Shown here: one piece after another, positions 29,035-37,662 of the stretch
How the letters are laid out: every line of letters starts with the position of its first letter
Position numbering within the stretch: the first letter of the stretch is position 1
Source: Planctomycetota bacterium
GTDB taxonomy: Bacteria > Planctomycetota > UBA1135 > UBA2386
Length of the DNA stretch: 64,000 nt
Reading direction: 5' to 3'
NCBI GenBank assembly: GCA_965223545.1
Contig: OZ245006.1
Coordinates: forward strand, 6,816,001-6,880,000
The notes under the pieces: model-generated
Seen by the model: only the letters and a program-made list of their open reading frames with translations
Told to the model about the DNA's origin: nothing
Database searches by the model: none
Made by a program: the position numbers and the translations under genes

Positions 29035-31248
29035 TCACTCGCCGATCACCAGGTCGACTGCGTTGGTCAGAGAGAGGCCAGACCTCGCAGCGGCGAGCAG
29101 CAGGGCCTGGCTGTAGAGCGGCTGTCCGAACAGGCTGGTCGAGACTGACACCGGGAGCGGGAACGTTGCGAACCCGGAGGCGTTGACTTGCGCGGGCGAT
29201 GTGTCGAGCAGCTGGCCGGGATCAACCAAGAGCAGACAGACGTCGTTGAACGGATGCGTGGCTGGCGCCCGTGACAGCAGCAGGGTCGCAGTACTGCCGC
29301 GCGTGCCCCCATGTACGTCCAGTGCAAACGACGGGTTGCCGATCGTCGGCCGGCCGAAAGCGTGCAGGGTCGGCGGGGTGGTCGACCGGGCGCAGCCGCG
29401 TCCACGCTGCGCGATCGCGGCGGCCGTGGTCGCCGCGTAGATCCAGGTGTCGGAGAGCAACGAGGGGGTGCCGGTGAAGCTACCGCCAAACAGCATCAAC
29501 CGGCCCCGCCCACGGTCGTAAGCCATGCTGTGTTGGTTTCGCGCGGGCGGGGAGGTCGCCGGGACGTGTGCCGTCCACACGGTGCCGTCCCATTCCCACG
29601 TGTCGTTCAGGTTGGAGCCGTTGGCGTGACCGCCGAACAGCACGACGCGCTCGATCGACGGGTCGTAGACCATGTCGAGACAGCACCGCGGCGACGGGTC
29701 GGGGCCGGTTGCCCGCTGGAGCCAAGTTGTGCCGTCCCATTCCCAGGTGTCGCCCAGCTTCTGCACCCTTCGGTCGTTGCCGCCGAAGATGACGACGCGC
29801 TGCCGCGAGGCATCGTACGCCATCGCGTGGTCGAAACGGGCCGGGGGAGATGACTGCGGCGTGCGCCGAGTCCAGGTCGTACCGTCCCACTCCCAGGTGT
29901 TGTTGGTCGCGTTGAACCCGCCGGTGCGTCCACCGAACAACACGACCCGCGCTCGCGCGGCGTCGTACACCATCGTGTGGTCCGAGAGACGGCCGGGCCA
30001 GGTTGGTGGACTCAGCTGGGACCATTGAGTGCCGTCCCACTCCCAGGTGTCGTCGATCGTGAAAGACGAAGTGTCGACTCCGCCGAACAGAACAATGCGC
30101 TGGCGCGCCTCGTCGTAGGCCATGGCGTGGGCCATTCGAACGGGCGGCTGCCGGCTGGGCTGGAGGCGCCACCAGCGGAGCCCGTCCCACGACCAGGTGT
30201 CGTTCTTGAACGAACCACCGAAGAGCACGATCCGGTCACTTGCCGTCGAGTACGCCATCGCGTGTCCCGAGCGGCCATTCGGGCTCGGAAAGGTCGCCGG
30301 AGTCCACGTGCGACCGTCGTACTCCCAAGTGTCCGACAACCAGCCTGCGGCGCCGCCACCGCAGAGTACGACACGCTGACGCGCAGCGTCGTAGACCATC
30401 GCCTGCGCCGACCGGCCGGACGGTGCGACGGCCGGGGATTGCTGCGTCCAGGTGGAGCCGTCGTACTCCCACGTATCGGCGAGGGCAGTCCCAGCAAAGC
30501 CACTACTGCGGCCGCCGAACAGCACCACGCGTCGCCGCGTGCTGTCGTAGGTCATGCTGAAGTAGCCGCGCGCGGCCGGTGTCGTCGACCCACCGACCTG
30601 CGTCCACGCGACGCCGTCCCACTCCCAGGTGTCGCCCAGCCCGTTGAGCGAAGCGTCGATACCGCCAAACAGAACGATCCGCTGGCGGTTCTCATCGTAG
30701 ACGAGCTGGTGGTAGCCGCGCGCAGGCGGACCCTGTGCCGCCAGCGCCCGCGTCCAGTTGGTGCCGTCCCACTCCCAGGTTTCTTCGACCGTGCTGCCGG
30801 TGTCACGGCCGCCGAACAACACGACGCGTTGTCGGGCGGCGTCGTAGGCCATGGCGTGCTGCCAGTAGATGGACGGAGATTGCGGGGGGTTGCGTTGCTG
30901 CCAAGCCACGCCGTCCCATTCCCACGTCTGCTGTTCTCCGTACAAGACGACCCGCCGGCGCGCCGAGTCGTAAGTCAAGGCGTAGTAGAACGTCTGTGGC
31001 ACGTTTGGCGAGAGTCGCTCGGTCCACGTCCGCCCGTCCCACTCCCAGGTCTCGTGCAGATTGAAGGAGCTGTCGAACAAGACGGTGCGTTGACGAGCGG
31101 AGTCGTACGCCATGGCACTCGTGGTGCGCAGCCGGGGCTTCTCCACCCACGTGGCCTGGGCGTGCAGGAGCGTTCCACCGAGAGCGAGCGCCGTCCCGGC
31201 CATGAGCCCGAAAGGGCTTCGAAAACGGAAGGGGGCTAGACGGGCCAA
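29035..31248 (-). CDS. Secreted kelch-repeat (DTWEWDG) beta-propeller protein with shared C-terminal domain
   Basis: About 12 repeats of HAMAYD..RQRVVLFGG...DTWEWDG; AGGAG RBS 6 nt before TTG 31248. Confidence 0.92.
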   Translation of the reverse strand: MARLAPFRFRSPFGLMAGTALALGGTLLHAQATWVEKPRLRTTSAMAYDSARQRTVLFDSSFNLHETWEWDGRTWTERLSPNVPQTFYYALTYDSARRRVVLYGEQQTWEWDGVAWQQRNPPQSPSIYWQHAMAYDAARQRVVLFGGRDTGSTVEETWEWDGTNWTRALAAQGPPARGYHQLVYDENRQRIVLFGGIDASLNGLGDTWEWDGVAWTQVGGSTTPAARGYFSMTYDSTRRRVVLFGGRSSGFAGTALADTWEYDGSTWTQQSPAVAPSGRSAQAMVYDAARQRVVLCGGGAAGWLSDTWEYDGRTWTPATFPSPNGRSGHAMAYSTASDRIVLFGGSFKNDTWSWDGLRWWRLQPSRQPPVRMAHAMAYDEARQRIVLFGGVDTSSFTIDDTWEWDGTQWSQLSPPTWPGRLSDHTMVYDAARARVVLFGGRTGGFNATNNTWEWDGTTWTRRTPQSSPPARFDHAMAYDASRQRVVIFGGNDRRVQKLGDTWEWDGTTWLQRATGPDPSPRCCLDMVYDPSIERVVLFGGHANGSNLNDTWEWDGTVWTAHVPATSPPARNQHSMAYDRGRGRLMLFGGSFTGTPSLLSDTWIYAATTAAAIAQRGRGCARSTTPPTLHAFGRPTIGNPSFALDVHGGTRGSTATLLLSRAPATHPFNDVCLLLVDPGQLLDTSPAQVNASGFATFPLPVSVSTSLFGQPLYSQALLLAAARSGLSLTNAVDLVIGE

Positions 31249-31322
31249 CGAGGTCTCCTTGGTTGCGTGCCACACCAAGATATCAGGTTCATGCGAACCG
31301 GTGGTGATGGCGGCCGAGTTGT

Positions 31323-31540
31323 CTCAGCGCGGCCACGGCCGCAACCAAACTCGGATGCCGCTCTCGCCAGAGCGGTTTGGAAGGTCCGACCCATCCGCCG
31401 CCGCGCTGAGCCAGGAGGCACTGTCTCTCCGAGCCTCCGGCGCGGCGGCATTGTCGCCATGGCAGCGACGTCGCCTCGAAAATGTTGTCGCAGCTCGACG
31501 ACTCGAGGCGCCGGAGGCTCAGCGCGGCCGAGGCCGCAAC
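31323..31540 (+). repeat. Double-hairpin repeat, locus 3, left part (interrupted by IS110 no. 1)
   Basis: Module A, linker, module B and the start of the next module A ending GGCCGCAAC. Confidence 0.9.
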
Positions 31541-31569
31541 GGTATGTGTGGTTCCATGATCTGCGAAGC

Positions 31570-31845
31570 TAGAGTTCTCCACACCCGTCGCGCCGTAGCG
31601 GTGTGGAAGACTCGCGCGATGGTGCAGCCGCAGGAGTCGTGTCGGGAGTCTGGTCATCGGCCGCAAGAGAGCTTAGGGTCCCCCGGCGTGCGACGGAGAG
31701 GTTTCGCGATCTGCCGCAATGGTGGCGCTTCGAGCGGCCCCTCATTTGGTTCTGCGACTCTCCTCCCGCGTGGGGGACCCGATTTAGGAGATTGGCGGCG
31801 TGAGAAATCACGGCCCCGAAACACGAACCGTTTTGGCGACTCGCC
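31570..31845 (+). ncRNA. Predicted bridge RNA of IS110 no. 1
   Basis: 5' hairpin; target loop with GCCGCAA (31713-31719) and TTTGGTT (31745-31751); donor loop with TTAGGAGAT (31784-31792) and ACCGTT (31827-31832). RNA ends are approximate. Confidence 0.75.
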
Positions 31846-31914
31846 TCCTCAGGCGGACTGCGCGGGTAGGGAGAGTCCTCTCGTCGACACTCACTCGTTG
31901 AACATGGAGGGGAC

Positions 31915-33417
31915 ATGAATCGATTCGTTGGATTGGATCTCGGCTTGAGGAGCAAGCACCGAGCCGTCGTTCTGGATGGTGCGAAGTCTCGGGGCAGACC
32001 GTTTTCAGTCGAGAACAGCCGTGAGGGTATTGACCTTCTGCTGCGCCGTGCACAGGAAGGTGCCGAGGGTCCGGTGAGCTTCGTGATGGAACCAACGGGG
32101 TTGGCGTGGCTGCCCATCGCGGCGCACGTGAACGCCGCAGGGTTCCAGATCTACGTGAGCAAACCACAGAAGCTGAGCGACCTGCGGAAGTTCTATAGCA
32201 AGCACACCAAAACCGACGTAGTAGACGCCGAGGCCGCTGCGCGTCTGCCGCAGATGGATCCAAAGGGCGTCCACCAGCTGCGTGTTCCAACTGCCGACGA
32301 GACGACGATCCGTCGACTCGTGAAGCGGCGTGAGCGGTTGGCGCGCGAGCTCAGCGACCACAAGCGTCGTGTGCACGCGATACTGGTACTGGCGAATCCC
32401 AGCCTCATGAAGGCCTTGGGGGCAGAGAAGTTCAGTGCCGCTAAGATGGGGTTTCTGCGGCGCTACGTCGATCCGGTGAAAGCGGTCGGCCTTGGGAAGA
32501 GTCGCTTGGAGCGCTTCTTGACGAAGCGATCCAAGGGAACGCATGACCCGTGCTTGGTCGACCGCGTGCTCGAGTCCTGCCGACAGGCCGCCGAGTACTA
32601 CGCTGAGCTGCGAGCTGCGGGGCAGATGCCGTTCGACTACGAGGCCATCCAAGAGGATGTGGTGTACGAGCTGGATGAGATCGAGCGCAAGAACACGGAC
32701 GTTCGCAAGCTCGACGCAAAGATCAAGAAGCTCTACCTGGGCGTCGATCCTGACCGAACACTCGAGCAACTGCGCGGCGTCGGTCCCACGATCGCTGCGG
32801 CCATCGAAGCCTTGGTAGGCGACATCGCGCGGTTCTCGAACGGCAAGAAGTTCGTGAGCTACTGCGGACTGTGTCCACGCCGGAAGCAGACGGGCATGAG
32901 CGACCCCTCGATGCCAATCACCAAAACCGGCCAACGAGTACTCAAGAAGTACCTCTACCTAGCAGCTGACGTCGCTCGCCAGTGGGATCCGGATTTCGCG
33001 GCGTACTACGCTCGCCGCTACGCCGCAGGTGATCACCACAACCTCATCCTCATCGCATTGGCTGGCAAGATGGCGCGCCGCGTCTACGCCCTCCTGAAGC
33101 GTCGCGACAGCCAGCGCGCCGATGACAAGCCGGCGTCGACGCAAGTCCGCTACGTCCTGCGAGACGCCGACGGCAACGAGCTCACGAAGGTTGCCGCGCG
33201 CGCGCTCATCGCAGCCAAGTTCACGCGCAGCATCGTCGCGCCACAGCGGCATGAGCGCGACCAACGGCGACAGGGACGAGTGGGGACTCCGACGACGAGG
33301 GACTTGAGTGGCCGCCCAATGGACGCCACAGGCCTGGCCGTGGAATCCCCACGTCAACCTCACCCGATCGGTGATCTCATGCAAGAACACTTCCCTGGTC
33401 TTGTGGAAGAGTCCTGA
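31915..33417 (+). CDS. IS110 family transposase/recombinase (500 aa)
   Basis: GLDLG, MEPTG, KTDVVDA (DEDD RuvC-like); LRGVGP, SYCGLCP, ALAGKMARRVY; GGAGG RBS. Confidence 0.97.
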   Translation: MNRFVGLDLGLRSKHRAVVLDGAKSRGRPFSVENSREGIDLLLRRAQEGAEGPVSFVMEPTGLAWLPIAAHVNAAGFQIYVSKPQKLSDLRKFYSKHTKTDVVDAEAAARLPQMDPKGVHQLRVPTADETTIRRLVKRRERLARELSDHKRRVHAILVLANPSLMKALGAEKFSAAKMGFLRRYVDPVKAVGLGKSRLERFLTKRSKGTHDPCLVDRVLESCRQAAEYYAELRAAGQMPFDYEAIQEDVVYELDEIERKNTDVRKLDAKIKKLYLGVDPDRTLEQLRGVGPTIAAAIEALVGDIARFSNGKKFVSYCGLCPRRKQTGMSDPSMPITKTGQRVLKKYLYLAADVARQWDPDFAAYYARRYAAGDHHNLILIALAGKMARRVYALLKRRDSQRADDKPASTQVRYVLRDADGNELTKVAARALIAAKFTRSIVAPQRHERDQRRQGRVGTPTTRDLSGRPMDATGLAVESPRQPHPIGDLMQEHFPGLVEES

Positions 33418-33480
33418 ACAAGCCGTGCACACGCGATGTCGAGCCCCAGCGAAAACCCCTTGACATGACTTAGGAGATAT

Positions 33481-33573
33481 CAAACACGGAGCGTTCCGCG
33501 ACCCGAGCGTGGGTTGCAGGTCCCGCGGTCGCCGGCGGCCGCGCTGAGCCCGGAGGCCAGTGTTGTCTTCGAG
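33481..33573 (+). repeat. Double-hairpin repeat, locus 3, middle part between the two IS elements
   Basis: CAAACACGGAGCGTTCCGCGACCCG...GCGCTGAGCC...TGTTGTCTTCGAG continues the interrupted unit. Confidence 0.92.
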
Positions 33574-33649
33574 ATGGGATGAGAGGGTCGATCCCTCCGA
33601 CGCAGTCGCCACACAATGGCGCTGCAAAATCAAAGGAGCAGATCGACCC

Positions 33650-34726
33650 ATGACCAAAGTTACCGCTCAGACCTCCCCCGTGACCATCGGTCTCGACATT
33701 GGCGATCGGAACATCCACTACTGCGCACTGGACGCGTCGCGGACGGTCGTTGCGCGGGGCAGTTTCCCGACGACGCCGACAGCGCTCTCGAAGGCGCTGA
33801 GCGACTTCCCGGGCGCCAGAGTCGCTCTCGAGGCCGGCTCGCAGTCGGCCTGGATGTCTCGGCGGTTGCGCTCGGAGGGCTACGACGTTCACGTCGTGGA
33901 CCCGCGCCGAGTGCAGCTGATCGCCAAGGATCCTCGCAAGACCGACCGGCGCGATGCCGAGACCCTGGCTCGCCTGGAGGCAGGGATGCCCGAGTTGCTC
34001 GGCACGATCCACCACCGCAGCGAGCAGGCACAGGCCGACCTGTCGGTCATTCGTGCGCGCGACCTGCTGGTGAGGATGCGGACGATGGCAGTGCAGCAGG
34101 TCCGGAGCCTGGCGAAGGGCTTCGGCGTCCGGCTGCCGTCGGCATCGACCGCGGCGTTCCCGAAGCGAGCTCGCGAGTCCATGCCGGTCCTGCTACTCAC
34201 TGCGGCGGAGCCGCTGCTGGACTTGATCGCCGACCTGTCCCGCCGGATCGACGAGCTCGACAAGGCGCTCGTCGAGGCGAGCCGCGAGCGATACCCCGAG
34301 GTCGCCGTCGTGCAGCAAGTCAACGGCGTGGGGCCGGTCACAGCGACCGCGTTCGTGCTGACGATCGAGGATCCGACACGATTCGCCGAAAGCCGCCGCG
34401 TGGGCTCCTGGCTCGGCTTGTGCCCAAAGAGCTTCGCGTCGGGCGACAGCAATCCGGAGCTGTCGATCAGCAAGGCTGGCGACGGCTATCTGAGACGGCT
34501 TCTGGTGCAGTGTGCGCACTACATCCTCGGCCCGTTCGGCAAGGACTGTGACCTCCGGCGCTTCGGGCAACGCCTGATCGCCCGCGGCGGCCGCGGCGCG
34601 AGGAAACGCGCGGCGGTCGCGGTTGCCCGCAAGCTCGCGCTACTGCTGCATCGGCTGTGGCGTCATGGCTTGGTCTACGACCCACTCCACAACAGCGACC
34701 GCGTAGCTGCCCACACCGCGGTATGA
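33650..34726 (+). CDS. IS110/IS1111 family transposase (358 aa)
   Basis: IGLDIG, ALEAG, KTDRRDA, VNGVGP, WLGLCP..ASG, ISKAG, AVARKL; AAAGGAG RBS. Confidence 0.97.
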   Translation: MTKVTAQTSPVTIGLDIGDRNIHYCALDASRTVVARGSFPTTPTALSKALSDFPGARVALEAGSQSAWMSRRLRSEGYDVHVVDPRRVQLIAKDPRKTDRRDAETLARLEAGMPELLGTIHHRSEQAQADLSVIRARDLLVRMRTMAVQQVRSLAKGFGVRLPSASTAAFPKRARESMPVLLLTAAEPLLDLIADLSRRIDELDKALVEASRERYPEVAVVQQVNGVGPVTATAFVLTIEDPTRFAESRRVGSWLGLCPKSFASGDSNPELSISKAGDGYLRRLLVQCAHYILGPFGKDCDLRRFGQRLIARGGRGARKRAAVAVARKLALLLHRLWRHGLVYDPLHNSDRVAAHTAV

Positions 34727-34809
34727 CCCAACCATGATCGCCCCACCCCCAACCAACCGAATACCGTGGAGGAACCTGGCGTGATGCCGCTCCTGCACTG
34801 CTGAAGACT

Positions 34810-34960
34810 CACCGCCCGATCCCGGCGACAGCGACCGGAGGCTTGGCCCTCGAGGCCGTTATCGAGAAAGCTGCGCCGGGTCGGACGGATCTCATCGTGC
34901 ACCGGTCTCGGACGAGGCCATCAGAGTGCGTATGGAAGCCTGCGGAGTCCGAAGCTTGTC
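34810..34960 (+). ncRNA. Predicted seek/bridge RNA of IS1111-type element
   Basis: Stem-enclosed loop with CCGGAGGCT (34835-34843, complement of target AGCCTCCGG) and TCGAG (34862-34866); ATGGAAG (34932-34938) matches the element right end plus core. RNA ends are approximate. Confidence 0.72.
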
Positions 34961-35047
34961 GCGCAGGGCGGCGCCAAGGCGCCCAGATTCTCAAGAAGAA
35001 CAGATCCACAGACAAAGAGCTGTTGACGGGATCGCCCCTCTCATGGA

Positions 35048-35343
35048 AGCCTCCGGGAGTTGCGGTATCGAAGTCCCGGCGACGACAGGCCTTCCGAAAG
35101 GTTGTTGCCGCTCGAACATTCTCGGACCCGGAGGCTCAGCGCGGCCGAGGCCGCAACCAAGAACGGAGTATTCCGCGACCCGAGCATCGGCCGCGGGTCC
35201 GGCGGTCGCCGGCGGCCGCGCTGAGCCCAGAGGCCAGTGTTGTCTTCGAGCCTCCGGGAGCCGCGTTGTCGAAGTTCCAGCGGCATCGAGCCTTCCGAAA
35301 GGTTTTCGCCGCGCGAAGATTTGCGGACCCGGAGGCTCAGCGC
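35048..35343 (+). repeat. Double-hairpin repeat, locus 3, right part (B-A-B)
   Basis: AGCCTCCGGGAG... resumes the unit; near-identical to 56343-56752. Confidence 0.92.
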
Positions 35344-36167
35344 ATCAGCGGGCTGGCCTGCGCGAAGGTCCAGCGGTTGCCTTCGGGATCGGCGGCCTCG
35401 TAGGCGCGGAAGCCGTGCTGGTGGATGTCTTTGATGATCTCTGCGCCGTGCGCTTTGGCGTGTGCGAAGTGTGCGTCGAGGTCGGCGACGTGGATGAACG
35501 GTGTGTGGGTGATTGGCGTGTCCGCGACGGCGGTGGCTTCGCGGCCGCAGAGGATGATCGCGCCATTCCCGATGCGGAACTCGATCCAGCTGTGGCTCGG
35601 GTCGTTGGGCTCGACTTCGGGGACGCTGTTTGCGGGCTCGAAGCCGAAGACATCGCGCAGCCAGCGCCCGGCGGCTGCGGGCTCGGCGTAGTGGACGACG
35701 ACGGCGAGCCGCGCCAGGGGCAACGGCTCAGGGGGGACGTGATCGCGCTTTTGGATCCAGTCGTTCAGCCAGACCGGGCTCATCCGTACCCATGCCGTTC
35801 CGCCCTTGTCCTCGCCGCCGTCCGGGATCGTGGCCTGCACGTTCACCTCCGTGCCGCCCGCGCTCATCTCGAAGCGAACGTCGATCTCGACGTCGTCCAA
35901 AGAGCTCGTCCACGCAACCCGCTTGCCTGGCTCCCAGACGGTGATGCGCGCGAGCTCGAGGCCGTCGCCCGTCTCCTCGTCGTAGACCTCGACGATCCGA
36001 CCGCCGACTCCGGGCTCCATCCGCATGTAGTACGCCCGAGCGGTGTCGAAGAAGTTGATCGGGCCCTGGATCCACCAGCGGTCGAGCTCCTTCGTAAAGA
36101 CCTCGAAGGCGGTGGCGGGATCGACGGCGACCTCGATCGATGAGTTCACTGTGCGGGGAGTGGTCAC
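35337..36167 (-). CDS. SRPBCC/AHSA1 (START) domain fused to a VOC domain
   Basis: AFEVFT.ELDRWW, WEPGKRV, then WLRDVFGF...ADPEGNRWTF; GTGA overlap with arsR. Confidence 0.85.
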   Translation of the reverse strand: MTTPRTVNSSIEVAVDPATAFEVFTKELDRWWIQGPINFFDTARAYYMRMEPGVGGRIVEVYDEETGDGLELARITVWEPGKRVAWTSSLDDVEIDVRFEMSAGGTEVNVQATIPDGGEDKGGTAWVRMSPVWLNDWIQKRDHVPPEPLPLARLAVVVHYAEPAAAGRWLRDVFGFEPANSVPEVEPNDPSHSWIEFRIGNGAIILCGREATAVADTPITHTPFIHVADLDAHFAHAKAHGAEIIKDIHQHGFRAYEAADPEGNRWTFAQASPLMR

Positions 36168-36508
36168 TTCTTCTTCCTCCGTTCGACGTGTCGCTTGAAC
36201 GAGCGCAGCTGGGCGTCCCACTCCTGCTGGAGCCGTTCCAGCCACTCGTTCACCGCCTGCATGGATTGCGGGCGCAGGCGGAAGACCCGCCCCCGAGCGT
36301 CCTCTCGTGGACGCTCGTCGGTGGCGATTCCGGCGTCGAGCAGGACGCGCAGGTGCCGGCTCATGGTCGGCGGTGAGGTCCGCGTCGCCGCTGCAAGCTC
36401 CCCCGCGCGGCGCGGCCGCGAGCCGAGCAGCTCGACGACCGAGCGCCGCGTGGGATCGGCGAGCGCGTGGAAGACGCGATCGACCGTGGCCACGGATGCT
36501 TTTACCAT
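36164..36508 (-). CDS. ArsR/SmtB family transcriptional regulator
   Basis: VFHALADPTRR, MSRHLRVL. Confidence 0.92.
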   Translation of the reverse strand: MVKASVATVDRVFHALADPTRRSVVELLGSRPRRAGELAAATRTSPPTMSRHLRVLLDAGIATDERPREDARGRVFRLRPQSMQAVNEWLERLQQEWDAQLRSFKRHVERRKKK

Positions 36509-36545
36509 AGGTGGCAATAATTATCAAAATCAGCAAGTATGTCAA
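36502..36545 (-). promoter_or_regulatory. AT-rich promoter (TTGACA) with imperfect IR TTGCCA-CCTA-TGGTAA over the arsR start codon
   Basis: Minus strand TTGACATACTTGCTGATTTTGATAATTATTGCCACCTATGGTAA. Confidence 0.55.
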
Positions 36546-36726
36546 CTCCGCGACCGCAGTGTACGCCGGGAGCGGCGCGGTGGCGGATCGATGCGACCAC
36601 CGCACATCGTGAGGATCCGACTCACGCCTCGAGGGTGTGGTCACAAGAGCGGCCACTTCGATCGCCATCCGCGATCGAGGCATGAATGCACCCTCGCAGC
36701 GACAGAGACGAACGTGTGGAGATCCC

Positions 36727-37560
36727 ATGTCCGACGACACCCTCGAGCCCCTTGCAATCCAAGACATTCGTCCCGCCAACGCGGACGCGGCCCGCACTTG
36801 GAGCAATGGCGGGCACGCCTACGACGAGATCAGCCGGCAGATTGCCGACGCGATCGAGCACGGCGTCGATCGGCTGGATCCCCGGCCGGGGCAGCGGATC
36901 CTCGATATCGCGACCGGTACCGGTTGGGCGGCGCGCCGCATCGCGGGTCGCGGAGCTCATGTCACCGGCGTCGATTTCGGCGCCGACGTCATCGAAGCGG
37001 CGCGCCGTATCGGCACGTGTGATCGCCTCGAGTTCGTGGTCGGGGACGCCGAGGATCTGCCGTTCCCGGACGAGACCTTCGATGGCGTGATCTCGACCTT
37101 TGGCGTCATGTTCTGCGGCGATCCCGAGGGCGCGGCCGCCGAGCTGGCCCGCGTCTGCAAGCCGGGCGGCAGGCTCGCGCTCACCAACTGGGCGGCCACG
37201 GGCACCGTGCGCGCGATGTTCGAGCTGATCCAGCGGTACCGGCCGGCGCCGCAAACGGCCAGGCTGCCGTCACCATTCGACTGGGGCCGGCGTGAGTGCG
37301 TCCACAAATGGCTGGGGACGTGGTTCGATCTCGGGTTCGAGGACGCCATCTCCTACTGCAGAGCGAAGGACGGAGCGGCCGTATGGGAGGCCTTCGCCGC
37401 CGGCTTCGGGCCGGTTGTCACCTTGAGTCGCCAGCTCAGCCGCGCCACGCTGGCGCAATTCCGGGCCGAGTTCGAGAGGTTCCACGATCGCTTTCGAACG
37501 GATGCCGGTGTCCTCGTGGAGCGTTCCTACGTCGTGGCGGTCGGCGAGCGCGTCGCGTGA
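36727..37560 (+). CDS. Class I SAM-dependent methyltransferase
   Basis: ILDIATGTG, GDAEDLPF, STFGVMF, RVCKPGGRL. Confidence 0.92.
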   Translation: MSDDTLEPLAIQDIRPANADAARTWSNGGHAYDEISRQIADAIEHGVDRLDPRPGQRILDIATGTGWAARRIAGRGAHVTGVDFGADVIEAARRIGTCDRLEFVVGDAEDLPFPDETFDGVISTFGVMFCGDPEGAAAELARVCKPGGRLALTNWAATGTVRAMFELIQRYRPAPQTARLPSPFDWGRRECVHKWLGTWFDLGFEDAISYCRAKDGAAVWEAFAAGFGPVVTLSRQLSRATLAQFRAEFERFHDRFRTDAGVLVERSYVVAVGERVA

Positions 37561-37662
37561 CCCGTAGCTCACGCATGGACGGTCGAGACCCCACCAGCAA
37601 ACGCCGGTGGGTCGTTGCGGCTTGAGGACGGCCCACCCGTGCTCGATCATGATCGCGGCGCG

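Larger units (their letters stand above)
31540..33480 (+). mobile_element. IS110-family insertion sequence no. 1 (IS110 group, long left non-coding end)
   Basis: Interrupts repeat consensus GCCGCAAC|CAAACACGG; no terminal IRs; TTGACA at 33460-33465 near the right end; boundaries good to about 1 nt. Confidence 0.92.
33574..35049 (+). mobile_element. IS110-family insertion sequence no. 2 (IS1111 group)
   Basis: Sub-terminal IRs ATGAGAGGGTCGATCCC (33579-33595) and GGGATCGCCCCTCTCAT (35028-35044), 16/17 match; AG core at both junctions; long 3' non-coding region; TTGACG at 35023-35028. Confidence 0.93.

Noticed and set aside
31659..31666. Second GGCCGCAA match to the IS target in the left non-coding end
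   Set aside because: It is not paired with a right-target guide in an internal loop; the 31713/31745 pair fits the structure better, so this may be chance.
31540..35049. Single composite transposon
   Set aside because: The two elements are unrelated, have their own ends and guides, and the 93 bp between them is host repeat.
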